From the NCBI RefSeq assembly GCF_003704095.1, contig NW_020845694.1, positions 496,001 through 560,000 on the forward strand: DNA of 64,000 nt, in the 5' to 3' direction. Shown here in pieces: positions 1 through 12,892 of the stretch (position 1 is its first letter; every line of letters starts with the position of its first letter). The position numbers were made by a program, and so were the translations under genes. Under the pieces are notes generated by a model. The model saw nothing but the letters and a program-made list of their open reading frames with translations. It did no database searches and was not told the origin of the DNA. Source of the stretch: Pocillopora damicornis (lineage: Eukaryota).

Positions 1-1237
1 CATTTGTTTGATGCAGAGAGTAAGAGTTTAGCGGCTAAAGACAAATAGATGTTGACGAGTATAATAAACAATTCCCACTCAGGATCTAACTAGGGATTTA
101 CGGGTTGGAAAAATTACCTGTAGTAGCAATGAAAAATTTATATCATTAAAAGATTTTAAGGAGGAAACTGTCTCAAAAAATGCTCGCCTTTTTTCATCGT
201 AAATTGCAAAGAGTGAAAAAAGTTGATTTCCGAAACTGAAAACATAAATTGGCCACCGTGAAGAGTTTAAGCCTTTAAACTCATTACGATGGCTAACTTA
301 CGTTTCAACTCACTTGATGACACTATCCTGTTACACTCTCCCACCGACACAGCACCACAGTTTCTTTAGAAACTTATCCCCTTTATTAATTTCGAAACTG
401 TCCAGTAGTAGGTAATAATCATAAAAGGAAATTGTCAGATGTTAAATGATATGAAAACACGTGTACACCAAGCACATTTAGTTCATCATTAATCCCGACG
501 CTGAAGATTCATCTCAAGCTATATACTTCACTAGAATCAGATTTTCGGAGAATGTCTCATTTTTGATAACATTTGCTTGATAAAAAAAAGTAAGGGGTTT
601 GTTGCTAAAAATAAATAGATGCTGACAAGCATAATAAATAATTCACACTCAGGTTCTAAATTTAGGATACATACCTGTCAATGACTGTGTATGCCAAACG
701 TTCATAAACCTCTTTCAGTTCCCCACTTTGTAATTCAAATGCGGTGCAAATGAGTAAATCTATTTACAAAAACAATGATTAAGAAGTGATAACGGGTTAG
801 AGCAATCAAACAAATTTTGAATTTCTTTCAAATTAGAGCAGCTGCTTCAGTTTCTATCGGTCGTAGGAAATGAGCGTTTACAGAACAGCGCTCGGCTCAT
901 TGGATACTGGTCACTCGAAACCGACTCTAATTTCCTTCAGGCATTAGTAGAGGAGTTCATGCCCCATCGACAGGACAATGAATACAACTGCAGGGTGAAA
1001 TGGTGATTTACAGGTTGGAAAAATTACACATAGTAGCATGGTAAAATTTATATGATTAAGAGATTTAAGCGGGAAATTGCCACAAACAAAGCTCGCCTTA
1101 TTTCATCGTAAATTGCAAACAGTGCAAGCAGTTTGTTTCCGAAACTGTCCAGCACTAGGTGATTATCATAGAATGAAATTGTTCGATCCTCTATGATATG
1201 AAAACACGTGTACACCAAGCAAATGTAGTTCATCGTT
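1..1237. repeat. Diverged tandem duplication (copy A about 1-490, copy B about 570-1237)
   Basis: Collinear similar blocks: 34-88 with 604-658, 95-238 with 1005-1147, and 393-490 with 1140-1237. Confidence 0.8.
239..388 (+). mobile_element. Penelope-type repeat insertion with a target-site duplication
   Basis: Flanked by atttccgaaactg (226-238) and atttcgaaactg (389-400). The empty site is present in the duplicate copy at about 1134-1150. It contains an internal inverted segment (ggccaccgtgaagagttt / aaactcattacgatggct). Confidence 0.7.
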
Positions 1238-3280
1238 TATTCTAAACTAGGTACTGTATAACTTAATTTCACCGTACAACAACGGCCTAAAAGGTAGGGA
1301 AAGAGAATTAATTTAACAAAATATGCCTCTACTCATGCGAGAAAGTAAGTTATACGAGTTTATATTACTAGAGTTTCCTTTCTGCGCAAATGAACCTCGG
1401 AGAGAACTTTATCAATATGAATTTTATTATTCGCAATTCAAAATAAGATGTGAATAGCAGCCAAGCTTTGCCTTTTAAAAGGAAAAAAGTCTTATATGAT
1501 AATCTGCGGTCTGCACTAATTTATCAACACCCGTGGAACGTATTGATGTATAACACTTCAGTCCATAAACTCATCAGATTCAGATGTAATTTTTTCCGAT
1601 TGCTTATAAAATTATTTGGCAACATTTTTTCACCGAAAAAATATATTCTGATCATATCGAAAGAGGACGCGTCAACATTTTTGCTGTTTATATATTTATG
1701 TTTGAATACAATAGTAGCATAAATTGATATTCTTCCTTTCAGTCATCCCCAATCACTTACTTTTAATAAATACTGCGAAACGATCTTAAATTTTGAATAA
1801 TTTCTGTTCGAAAATGAGCGAAATCATTTGTAAAGTATCTGCGTCCCTCAGATAATTCGCAATTCTAAGTTACTATGGGGACGATGGGGGAGGGGCAATT
1901 ATCACAGAGCCATCGTTCTTGTAACACTCAAGAGCTCTTGAAAACAAGTACCAGAATAAAATTTACCCCACAATCAAATTCATAGTTATTTCAATTTAGA
2001 GTAGTTTAAAAAGGACTTGAAAATGAAGTCCAAATTTAATCACACTCTTTTATTTTAGTTTTCGTTTTCCGCCCTATCAGTTTCACGCTTGCGTCTCTCA
2101 AAAGGCTTTTAACACGTAATTGTTGAACTTGGAAGCTGACAATATTGATCCTCTTCTGCATATTATCAAAATATTCTGACACTTCTGCTGACACTTTGAG
2201 TGCTTTTTACTGACATTTTCGTAAGATCCCAACTGTTTGTTTATTATCTATGGAAAAAAATGCAAAAACCTGAGCTTTTCATGATATTGGAAGCTTATTT
2301 AAAAAAAAAAAAAAGTCTCCATCTTTATACCTAGAAACGCGTCAATACCTCAGTTAAGCGGCTAAAAGAGCAAGGCAAATTTTTCGTTGATGGGATAAAC
2401 ATTCCCACTGTTGAAGGTACGTTTGTCTTTATTAAGTATGCCTTACGTTTACTTTTGAGAAGTTCGGCTCTGTTAGCTTGCTTTAGTTTGCAGGTGAGAT
2501 ACAAAACGTTATGGTATAATTCCGTTGAATTTGTTTCGACAGCAACGTTTTACAGTACACGAATGGGATGATCGACCAAGTAGAATCGCGTAATACTGGC
2601 AACCTTGGTTCGATGAGGTACATGCTCACATTTTCAAGATTTTGTGTCCTCTATAACAAACAACTCATTTTGCAAATGATGAGTAATATGCAGTATTTGT
2701 GTAGATATTTCAAATTTAAGGCTATTTTATGTTGTGCACTGAGTCAAGACAAACCTTTTTTTTAATATAAAACTAAACACAATGAAGAGAGCTAATCGAA
2801 CAACAAAATAGCCGTGAATAACCTTTCCAAATTAACTACTATGGTTACTTGTTCAGGGAAACATAGTTAACTAACAACTTCCAATTAAGGAAAATTACCA
2901 AAGATCATAAGTGCCGTCAAAAATCGATTTTCACACAACCTAACGCGTAATATCAGAACAATTTCCTGTTTATACCACTTCCAATACATCAAGTTTTAAA
3001 ACGAAGTACAGTTAATTGAATAAGTTGACACATGCATGGAATACGTTCAACTTCGAGTATTTGTCTTGATATTTATTGTCCATTGCATGAGTTCAAAACG
3101 ATTTCTTTCATTTGCATTTTAGCATGTATGTTAAATTTGTCTTTTGTTTTTTTTCTTTGTTATAACCAACAGAATATAACATTTTGCTATAACCGTTTCC
3201 TTCCATCATTTTATTGAATATTTTTTTTCATTTTCTGCAGGAGGTACATCCCATAATTACACCGCAGCTTTTTCATTGTG

Positions 3281-4333
3281 ATGTCAACGAACTCCGACAG
3301 CGACATGGACGCCAAGAAGTTAGAATTTTTCTGGGGCCCAGTTCCCAAATACTACTGGGTTCTTAGTGCTATAAATGGACTAATTACCCTGATATGTAAT
3401 GGATTAGTCATCTTCATAATACTTAAACGAGAAAGGCTTTACCGAAATCCTTGCAACTGGTTACTTTTATCGCTGGCTTTTTCTGACCTAACAGTGGGAA
3501 TAATTATGATCCCGTCGCTGTTTCTCTGCTACTTTTCGACCATACCGTGCGACTGGAATGTGAACAAAATTGTGTACGACCTGTTTCTTTACATTTCCGT
3601 CACAAATCTTTGTTTTCTCACTATGGATAGATACATTGCAGTGGTGTTTCCTCTGAAATACAGCTTGCTTATCCCTCGAAAGTCCACCATCAAGTTGTTA
3701 GTAACAGCTTGGCTATTTCCTCTGGTTGTATGCGGTGTTTCTCTTGTGATAAATCTGCTCTCCATAGCCGAAACATCAAAAAAAATTTTAGAACATGTAT
3801 TTGTGGTCATAAAAGTTACCACATTTGAATTGCTGCCTTGTGCGTTAATGCTACTTGCCTACATACACATCTTTCAAATAAGCCGAAGACACGCCAGACA
3901 CATAAACTCCCTTCACAGAAGCTTAAGGAGAAGGAGTGATAGCACAGCCAGTGAAACAAAATGGCGCGCAAAATCGACCATAAAAGTGTTCTGTGTAGTT
4001 GTTCCTCTTTTCGTTATTTGTTGGACTCTAGCATCGTGGAGAGAGATTTGTTCGGCGTTCAACCGCTGCTCAATACCTCCGACCGCCGTTCACATTTCGC
4101 GACTTCTGTTAAAGGGGCACTCCATGATTGATCCTATCGTCTACGCACTACATAAAAAAGACATTCGCAAGGAGCTATTTCAGACCGCCGGCATGTCTCA
4201 TCTGCTTACACTTGACATTCGGCCGCGAAGCTTTAGGAGTGGCAGTGAAAATTCCTATACAGTTTCATTCGAAAGGGACGCGCCTCGAATGGAAAATGAC
4301 ATTGACAACTTTGGCACCTACACTGCTCTGTAA
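3281..4333 (+). CDS. Class A (rhodopsin-like) GPCR, orphan amine/adenosine-receptor-like, single coding exon
   Basis: Seven hydrophobic segments; TM1 ICNGLV, TM2 LAFSD, TM3 MDRY, TM7 DPIVY. First ATG at 3281 (the ORF track starts at a GTG). A polypyrimidine-CAG acceptor at 3240 suggests a 5' UTR intron. Confidence 0.92.
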   Translation: MSTNSDSDMDAKKLEFFWGPVPKYYWVLSAINGLITLICNGLVIFIILKRERLYRNPCNWLLLSLAFSDLTVGIIMIPSLFLCYFSTIPCDWNVNKIVYDLFLYISVTNLCFLTMDRYIAVVFPLKYSLLIPRKSTIKLLVTAWLFPLVVCGVSLVINLLSIAETSKKILEHVFVVIKVTTFELLPCALMLLAYIHIFQISRRHARHINSLHRSLRRRSDSTASETKWRAKSTIKVFCVVVPLFVICWTLASWREICSAFNRCSIPPTAVHISRLLLKGHSMIDPIVYALHKKDIRKELFQTAGMSHLLTLDIRPRSFRSGSENSYTVSFERDAPRMENDIDNFGTYTAL

Positions 4334-4638
4334 CAACCATGGCGCGGTGAAAATACTTTGGATATGATTCTTAAAGCAACTTTCCTTCATATTTAGTTGA
4401 TAAGACATAAGTGTAAGGGTTTCATTTATTTACTGATTAGCTTTAAATTAAGAGTTAGAGTGAGATTTTCGAGTTGCTCATGTACGAGCTAAGGTTACGA
4501 AAGCCTCGAAAGAAAAGAACTAACAGCAGGTGCACTGTCGGCCATGTTAAATGAATAATTCATATAATTCAAAGAGGCTTTCTAGTTGATCGACAATATG
4601 ACACTTTCGTAGAAATTCTTTGGAAAATCAGTTGAAAC

Positions 4639-7600
4639 ATGAGAGAGGACGCTATTCTTATATTCGTATCTTCCCTCGTCTCGGTCCATTGTCATTTGTT
4701 CACCGATGCAGGTTCAGACCAGCACTGCGAGGATGACACGTGCATAACAGATGAAAGACCGTGTTTTATTCCTCGGGAAAAAGGTATCTTAACGCGCCTA
4801 GATGGAGTAAAAGTAAGTAAATATGAGGGCAAACAAAAACGATTATTAACGTTTCTGTTATGCCTGTGTATCTGTTATTATTCCTCTATAGAACATTGCA
4901 ATTTCGGCTGAGTATTTTTTGTTATTTTATCGAAATCAGTGACTCGAGGAAAATTATGTAATTTTCGTGACAGTCCTAATCAGAAAGCTTCATCTTCCCC
5001 TGGAAAAGCCATAAAATGAACAATATTGTTATTCTAATGAAGCCTTTCGATTTTCAGTTAATCAAACTTTTTTGAATTGGCTAAACACTGAGAGCTGGTT
5101 GATTGAACGAAATCTCATTTGCACTATGGTTGCAGACCATCAGAATTGTTTATGGTCGGGTTATTTAAAGTAAATTAACGCTTTCCTGTTAGCTGAATTT
5201 CTTCTTGACACTGTTTAGAAATGATCAAAGTTTGAATCAATGATCGGGCCACAGATTTATTCAAGAACGTCTGATATTAATTTATTAAAAAAGGCAGGAT
5301 CTAACTTAAAGCTTACTTTCCAAACTCATCAAATTTCCTATTTTATCTTAAAATAAGGCTTACACTTGCTACTTCGAAGCATTTCGTGTTGTGAAAATAT
5401 TCTAAATCGTTGCAATTTTCAGTTTCATATTCAAAATATAATTTACGCTATCAATTTATTGTTAAAATTCATTTTCCAAAGTATAGTTTAGATTCTCTGT
5501 ATCTGTTTAAAGTCAACTTTTCGAGCTGACTGCAAAAAGCTGGTACCCGGTCTTATCACATAAAGAATACAATAAATACACCAGATGGTTTACTGGTACA
5601 GTTTAAAGATTCTGTCACGTGTTGCAGTAGAGTTAAAATTTATATCAAGTCTTAATCGTTAAAAATATTATGTGACGAAAATAACTGATTAACACCTCCA
5701 GAGAAGCCAGTTCAATTTACCTTAGTTACAGTTTATAATTCAAGCAAACCATGGGTTGAAGCAAATGGCCATTAAAATAGTTGAACGTTTACATCTGTTT
5801 CCTTTCTCGCTTGAACCGATATTGCCATTTACTATATATATATATTTTACTATATATACGATTTTAAGGTTTTGCTCTGCGTGATGTAATATCCCTCTGA
5901 AACATTTACTAACCTTTCACACCCTAACATCATTATGCACATTCTCCATACTGTACTCCATACATTTCCCTAGGAGATGACAAGGAGAACTTGTTTAACA
6001 ATCAAGAGCTTCTTCATTTGGTGATCATTTCGTTGATTCTTGTGACCTTAAAGTTTTATCGAAAGGTGACATTGTGAGGAGAAATTAGATGATGATCATC
6101 CTTAGCGATTAAATAAAGGTGTCCTCAGGGTTTTTTTAAAATAGTTTCGGGTAAAAGCAATTGTATAGTATCAATTCAACTCTGGAATTTTTCAACATGT
6201 TTCGCCATCATCTCGAAGTTTTTATATATGAAAATCAAGAGGAATGTTTGATTTCTACGTGAAGAAGTTCCACTTTGGCGAGCTAACAATCATCATTTTT
6301 CTTTAGGTTGGGCACAAACAGAAAGTTGATCTTGGAGCAGAAGGAAAAAAAGTACTGATAACTCGGGCTTTGAAACCACTCTTGTTTGGTGAGTGTCAGC
6401 CCAACGTACATTTAAGGGAATTTAAGACTTTTGGCCAAATTTTTTCAGCAACTCTTGCCCAAACCACGTACAATTCACCTCTTTTGGCGTATGCGTGGCC
6501 AGAAATTAGGAAAAATTGGTTTTGTTTATCAAGGGAGCCAGTTCTGTCTACAATTTGGTTGCAACTTGGCTACATATCCACTGTATCTGCCAGAAGATGA
6601 AGAAATATACAATATTAAGCGAAATAAATGGTATAAAAATATGGCGGAATTTCATCTGAAAAACAACGAACAGTTTTTAGTTTTCAGTTTTTTTTCATTA
6701 TCTATCTTACCTCCTCAGAGATCCCGAATTTCTTATCTGAAGAAGAATGCAACCACGTTATATCACTGGCGAATGAAAAGGAGTTGGTCAAAAGTGTCGC
6801 TAGAGGAGGACTAACAGAGAGCGACACATGGACACATGACCCAAATCGTAAGTGAGTTAAATTAATTACCACACAGGCTGATTTTAATTCAAAATCGAAA
6901 CTTAGTGGCAAACAGCGAAGGCAAGTTTGGTTTAACTTCTACTCGGTGCTATGCAATAAAAAATCAAATTAAGAAAATTTTTCCGTGAGTAGGACCTTCA
7001 GCTTTAGAAACTTGAACACAAAAGTGAGTAAGATAAACTGGTCAAAAGACTATAGTGTCAAACTTTAAAACACAATAAGTCCAGCTCTAAACAGATGATT
7101 TAGAATTACTTGATAGATTTCTCCCTGAATTGTAAGCTATTAGGTCCCCGTACCGCTGTTAGCCTCTTAGTTGTACCATTACTAATGGTGATAACAGCAA
7201 TCACAACAACATCACAAATAATAATAACATAGAGAGCAACTATAACGAAACGATGACGATTACGTTGACGATTATGATTCTGATAATGATAATGACGATG
7301 ACGATGATAATAATGGAAATTTTAGTGATAATGGAGATATGATAATGATAAAAAAGATAATGATAATGATATGATAGTGATAAGAATAATGTTAATGATA
7401 ATGATAATACAATGATAATGATAATAATAATAAAATGATAATGATAATGACAATGATATTATAATGATGATAATAATGATAATAAGAATAAAAAAATGAT
7501 AATAAAATGATAATGATAATAATAATGATAATAAAATGATAATGATAATGGTAATGATAACGATATGATAGTGATAATAATGACGATAATGATAATGATG

Positions 7601-10600
7601 ATGATAATGATAATGAAATTGATTACAAAATTCCCTTTGAAAAGACCAATTTGAATTGCAGTATTTGGAAAAGCGGAGGGCTCGAGAGGACTGTATGAAA
7701 ATTGGGACTTTGATCAAGATGGAAAAATAACAATTGATGAGGTGAGGACAGTACAGTATTCTATATGTAAAAAGAAACACCCCAGCTTTGTTACCTGTCA
7801 GATCAGTAACGTCGATGAATATAAAATAATTTTTTCCCTTCAGATAAAGAGATTTGCGAAGGTAGAAAGGTACCTTTATCTCACGGATGAGGAAGTGAAA
7901 CGCATGTAAGTTTGCCTCTACTCTAAGGTGAAGTACTACATGGATCGAAAATACATTAAATAGACTGTTTAATAGCTTTGCAATGCTTAAAGCGTTTGTT
8001 CGCGGATCCAGCCGAAAAAGATCACGTAGTCGAGGAAGGATTTTATTCGTCGTCTTACGTCAAGCATGGGAAATAGGAAAGAAATTTGATTCCCCCTGAA
8101 GGAATAAATCCCCCGGCGTCTTTCATAAAACTTTACTTGTGGACAGGATTCACTCAAATCGAGGAGGTTAGATCCCTTCTCCTTTTTCCCACTCGTACTT
8201 AGCTGTATTTCGAGCCACTTTGAGTAATTTTGCGCTGTTTTCTATCAGTTGAACGCTTTCATCAAACTAATGTTCTGTTACTTATTAAAATAATCAAATA
8301 ACAAAATTCGGAGGGAAAAACTTTTCTTCTCAGATTTAACACCTTCGCACGAACCTGGATAGAATTTGTAAAACACATTTATTAAAAAAAGAAGTTTGCT
8401 GTTCACAGATTTCACGACTTGAAGCTACGGGAGTTCGATGATAGTAAGTAAAGACCATAACGTAAGAGATATGATAATCTCAGAAATGTGACATATTTAA
8501 GGGTTCTGTTTAAATGGTTTGAACCGATTGCAGTTTCTTGAATGTGCAACTAGAGGACAAAACATATCGCAGAACTATGAGGGGCGACCAGACAATATAT
8601 ATATTCTAGCTCACTTTTATATAGAAATTAAAACAGTAACTTAATAAATCAGTCACTCAGTCTGTCAATCAGTCAATCAATCAAAAAAAACCAATCAATC
8701 GTTTCCCTTAAATGCAAGCATAAAAGGGTCTGACAATAGTTCTGCAAATACCTCTTAAGTGATGTGCGCACGTTCATCCAGAAAAGATTTTCATACGGAC
8801 TCTGATGATGCAGGTGTCATTACTCGTGAGGAGTTTCAAGACATGAACACGCTCCTTGTTGACAGCTACTTGTACGAAATGGGCCGCAGCCATCCGCGTC
8901 ACCGAGAAAGATTCAGTGAACAAACATGGCTGACAGGGGAACACGAAGACGGAATTCTTCAAGACATCCGCATGAGGTTGGACGATTATAGTTGCATAGA
9001 CCTATAATTAATGTCAACTAGCACAATTATTATGGAGCCATTACCGCATGTTACTCTCTTATTCTTACTCTTTAGCTCCTGTGTAAGTTTTGATGAAATT
9101 TCATCCTGCCCCCGAATTGAACATCCGTGCTGGGGAGGGTCTGGGGCAGGATATACTACGTACAGTGGTCCCGAGGGGATCACCCCGAGTAAAACGGTCA
9201 CAACTTATTTACCGTTTTTTAGAGGAAATGGCCTGCCTTGACTGTTTAGCTTTTAAATTGACTTGTTTCACTTCGCCTTGATATTATCTTTTTTACTTCA
9301 TTTTCAGTCTCCTTACTCATAGATGGCTGCAAGAAGGAGCCCGTTACCCAGATGTAGAAATGACAAGCATACCAAAAAAAATGTTTACCAAAATAAGTAA
9401 AAAATCTCGAAGACCTTGTAAGAGAAAGGGGGGCTTCGGGTAATTGGCTCCTGAAGCAAACAACCGTGGGAAGCAAAAAAGCGTCATGTAGTTGATTAGA
9501 AATCTTTTGAATTTATCTCATAACTTTTCCTTGCAGAGTACAGGCAGTTACAAAGCTGCCCGATGAGATTATCTATGGAAGTGAGTACTTACAGGTAAGG
9601 TTAAAACACTTTTTCTCTTGCCGAAACAGAGAGAGAAAAATCAAGAGGAAAATAAAAATAAGAGAAGCTGCTTATGGGAAAAAAATGAACTCCCGCATAA
9701 GAAACATGACGATCTTCTGACGAATCACAGCGCCATAGAATATCAAATGTTGCTTAAAGTCAATCTGGACTAACTGCACAGGATTCAATAATTAAATAGT
9801 CCTGAAATCAAAATTTTAAAAACGACTCTTTATAAGGTGCTTTTACTCAATTCTCTCACTCCTAGAAGAGACCATAAGATATTTTCTCCTTAATTAATTA
9901 ATTGTCAATTAGGAATATAATGAGACGAAAGACAAATATCAATGAAGGTAAATCAAATGATGATACTAACCAATAATCAAAACCTTAAATATGAGAAATA
10001 GACGAAAAATCAGGAGAAATAAATTTTTGATCTTAGGGGCGAAAGAGTTAAAGCCTAATGTTTCCCCCATTGAAAACAAAGCCTACGCCGAACATATCAT
10101 TAGACCTTCTTCCGAAACGGGCTTGACAAACTTATTACACTCACCAGGTTGTCCGTTATGGAGTTGATGGACATTACCACGCCCACCTCGACAGCGAAAC
10201 GCATGAGCATCCCGAGATACCCTGCTGTCATCAGATTCAAGGAGCCGGAATGGATCGTGAAAGGAGATGCAAGTTATGCAGGTATCTAGCAAAGTAATAG
10301 AAATAGACGTTTAGGGATTTAGTATATACATGCCTATGAGAGAAAGAGAAACTGGCTCTGTTACTTGAGCTTGAAAAATCACTTTCCTAATATCGATATG
10401 GAATTTTGTGGACAATGGAACTAGAGAACATGCATTTACTACACCCAGAATATGTGTTGAACTTTTAGATTCGAGAGCGATATGCGATTAGCTGCTTACT
10501 AATTATACATTAACCATTTTCCAGATATGTTACGATCCTCTATTTCTTAAATGAACCTCCCGAGGGAGGTGAAACGGCTTTCCCGATGGCGGACAACGCA

Positions 10601-11328
10601 ACGTTTATTAAAGAGGTCAGTTAAACTTTTCTTTTCTTTTCTTTTGAAACTAATTCGGATTTGACAAAACAACAACTGCAGTTAAAAATCAACTGGCAAT
10701 TGAAACACTTCGAGCAAAACTTTTGGCTAACAGGCTGACTGGTGCAAATAAGAATTATATTAATCAAGGCACTCGGTAATATCAATGGAATTGTGAGTAA
10801 AATTTGGTATCATTCAATTTTATCAACTTATTGGAACGCTATCAGGGCAAGGAAGAGAAATGAAAGTATCCGGTGCTAGAACTAGGCCCAGGGTATGTCC
10901 GAACAAGCACTGTTAAATTTCCACCTTTCTCTTCCCTAGAATAATCATCCAACCGATAAGCATTTATGTCACACCAAAAATCTGGTGTTAAGATAGATAT
11001 TGATAACCCATTCAATTAATGTTGTTTTCAGAATTTCGCGTCGTTACGTTCCAAGGAAGATTTCTACAATTTAAGTGAGTTTTGCCACAAGTCAAATCTG
11101 GTGGTGACTCCTAAAAAAGGAACTGCTATCTTGTGGTACAACCACGAGATGGACCCAAACAGTGGCTGGCTGGGGAGAATGGACGAGTATTCAATTCACG
11201 GAGGATGCGCAGTCAAAAGGGGGATAAAATGGATAGCGAACAACTGGATCACCGCCCCATATAAGAAGCTTGCTCATGTCCCAAGTCAGTACATACTGGG
11301 TCCGGATATTTACTTCAGTGAAGATTAA
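4639..11328 (+). CDS. P4HTM: Transmembrane prolyl 4-hydroxylase-like protein, paralog 1 (11 exons)
   Basis: GT-AG exons read in frame: 4639-4812, 6307-6388, 6719-6847, 7662-7741, 7844-7905, 8409-8443, 8814-8976, 9537-9594, 10148-10281, 10525-10615, 11032-11328. Motifs KPLLFEIPNFLSEEEC, EF-hand DFDQDGKITIDE, GHYHAHLDS (HxD), [21 protein letters not shown] and KWIANNW match P4HTM. Confidence 0.92.
7195..7616. repeat. Degenerate (AAT/GAT)n trinucleotide microsatellite in intron 3 of paralog 1
   Basis: About 420 bp of ataatg/gataat repeats. It explains the spurious ORF 7322-7780. Confidence 0.9.
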
Positions 11329-12892
11329 AAAAAGATGATTTCGCTCGGATAAATGAGGAACACAAGCCAGTAGTCAGTGTTACTGATCGATAAAGCGTAG
11401 GTGCAATATGCACACGAGCCTCGTAAACAAGACTCTTTCCGCTAAACAGAGAGGAAGAACGCTAAAATTTCTTCAAAATCGTAAAGAGTTTCTGCTGAGT
11501 TATCTGGTGGTATACATTGTAATATTGGTAATGAAGAAGCAAGCATGATCGTTCTACTACAATTTCTGCGGGGAAATCATCAGCAGCGACAGCGTTGCAT
11601 CGAAATAGACAGAGGTACCGACTTCTACGCAATCTGTGTGGTACATTCTGTTAAGACTGAAATGAGTTATTGATGCAATAAAATAGACACATTATGCTGA
11701 ACTTTAACGTTTTATTGTAATTTTACTTCTTATTTGTTTCTTACGTAATGTAGTATAGATGAACACTACTCTCATTTTTAGGAAGATAAAATTCAGTGAA
11801 AATTGGCCCAGCCAACCGTTGATTCTCATCACTTCCATCAAATGGAAATGGAGAAAGGGAAACGTTTCTTTAGTTACGCCGGATAGACTTTTAGAATAAA
11901 AAAGAAAATTACGTAATGAGTAATTATTTTTATACCTGTCTGTATACGGTATTATGCAACTGTGACCCAGCTGTAGGGGTGAAATATTCCATAACAGGGA
12001 TTGTAACTACGAATTATCTATTCAATTAACTTAAACGGTCGTACCAACGAATTTCAGGCCGCCAGGAGGTATGAACTCAATAGTTTTTCTTTGTTTTTCA
12101 GTGTCCTTTCCATTATTCACTGTCTTTCTTTTCTTCAGTTTTTGAGGCCATATTATGCATTCGTCAGAGCTGTAATCTTGTATCTTCATAAATTGTAAAC
12201 CGCACTACGTATACCACAAACGTATCATCGCTTTCACTGTCCACCGTAAACCGCATCGTCGACATAAACCAAGCTTAAGTAATATACAATTTACTTGTAT
12301 TTCGATTTTGACGTTGGCTTCCGTCGTATTGCACCCGAGGAAATCGAACAAAGATACCTTTAAGTAACCAGATCAAAGTATGTAAACCAAAAGGTTTCTT
12401 CATTGCAAGTGACGTATACTTGATTTATTAAATTTCACCTCGGAATATCGCATCTCGAAAGTTTTGATTGGTTCACTCAACTCTGGTTATCACCTCATAT
12501 TCCGAGTTGCCTTTTGTGGAACTGCTGTAACTGTTGCGAAGCTCCAAAAACCCATTATTTCAGGATTTAAAGAAATTCAAGAAAGCAATTATTCCATTCG
12601 CACTTGTTGAATACGAGATTGGTGGCAGCCAACTCAGCGTTCACCATCTCATATCCAACGTGTGCTCCTGGAAAAATGTCAAATAAACGAGGGTAATAAA
12701 AAAAAATCACTTAAACAGTCATGACCATGAGCGGTCCTTTAGACGTTCTGTGAACCATATTTAAAAAATCACCCCTTTTTTCTCTAACCTGAGAAAGAAA
12801 ATAAAGGGAGACTAAATTAAGGCATAGAGCTAAACACTTCAAAATCTAATTTAAAAAAGGAGTCAGTCTCTCTGCTGATAACGTTTACAACT

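Noticed and set aside
7322-7780. 152-aa His/Tyr/Ile-rich ORF
   Set aside because: It is the translation of the AAT/GAT microsatellite inside a P4HTM intron.
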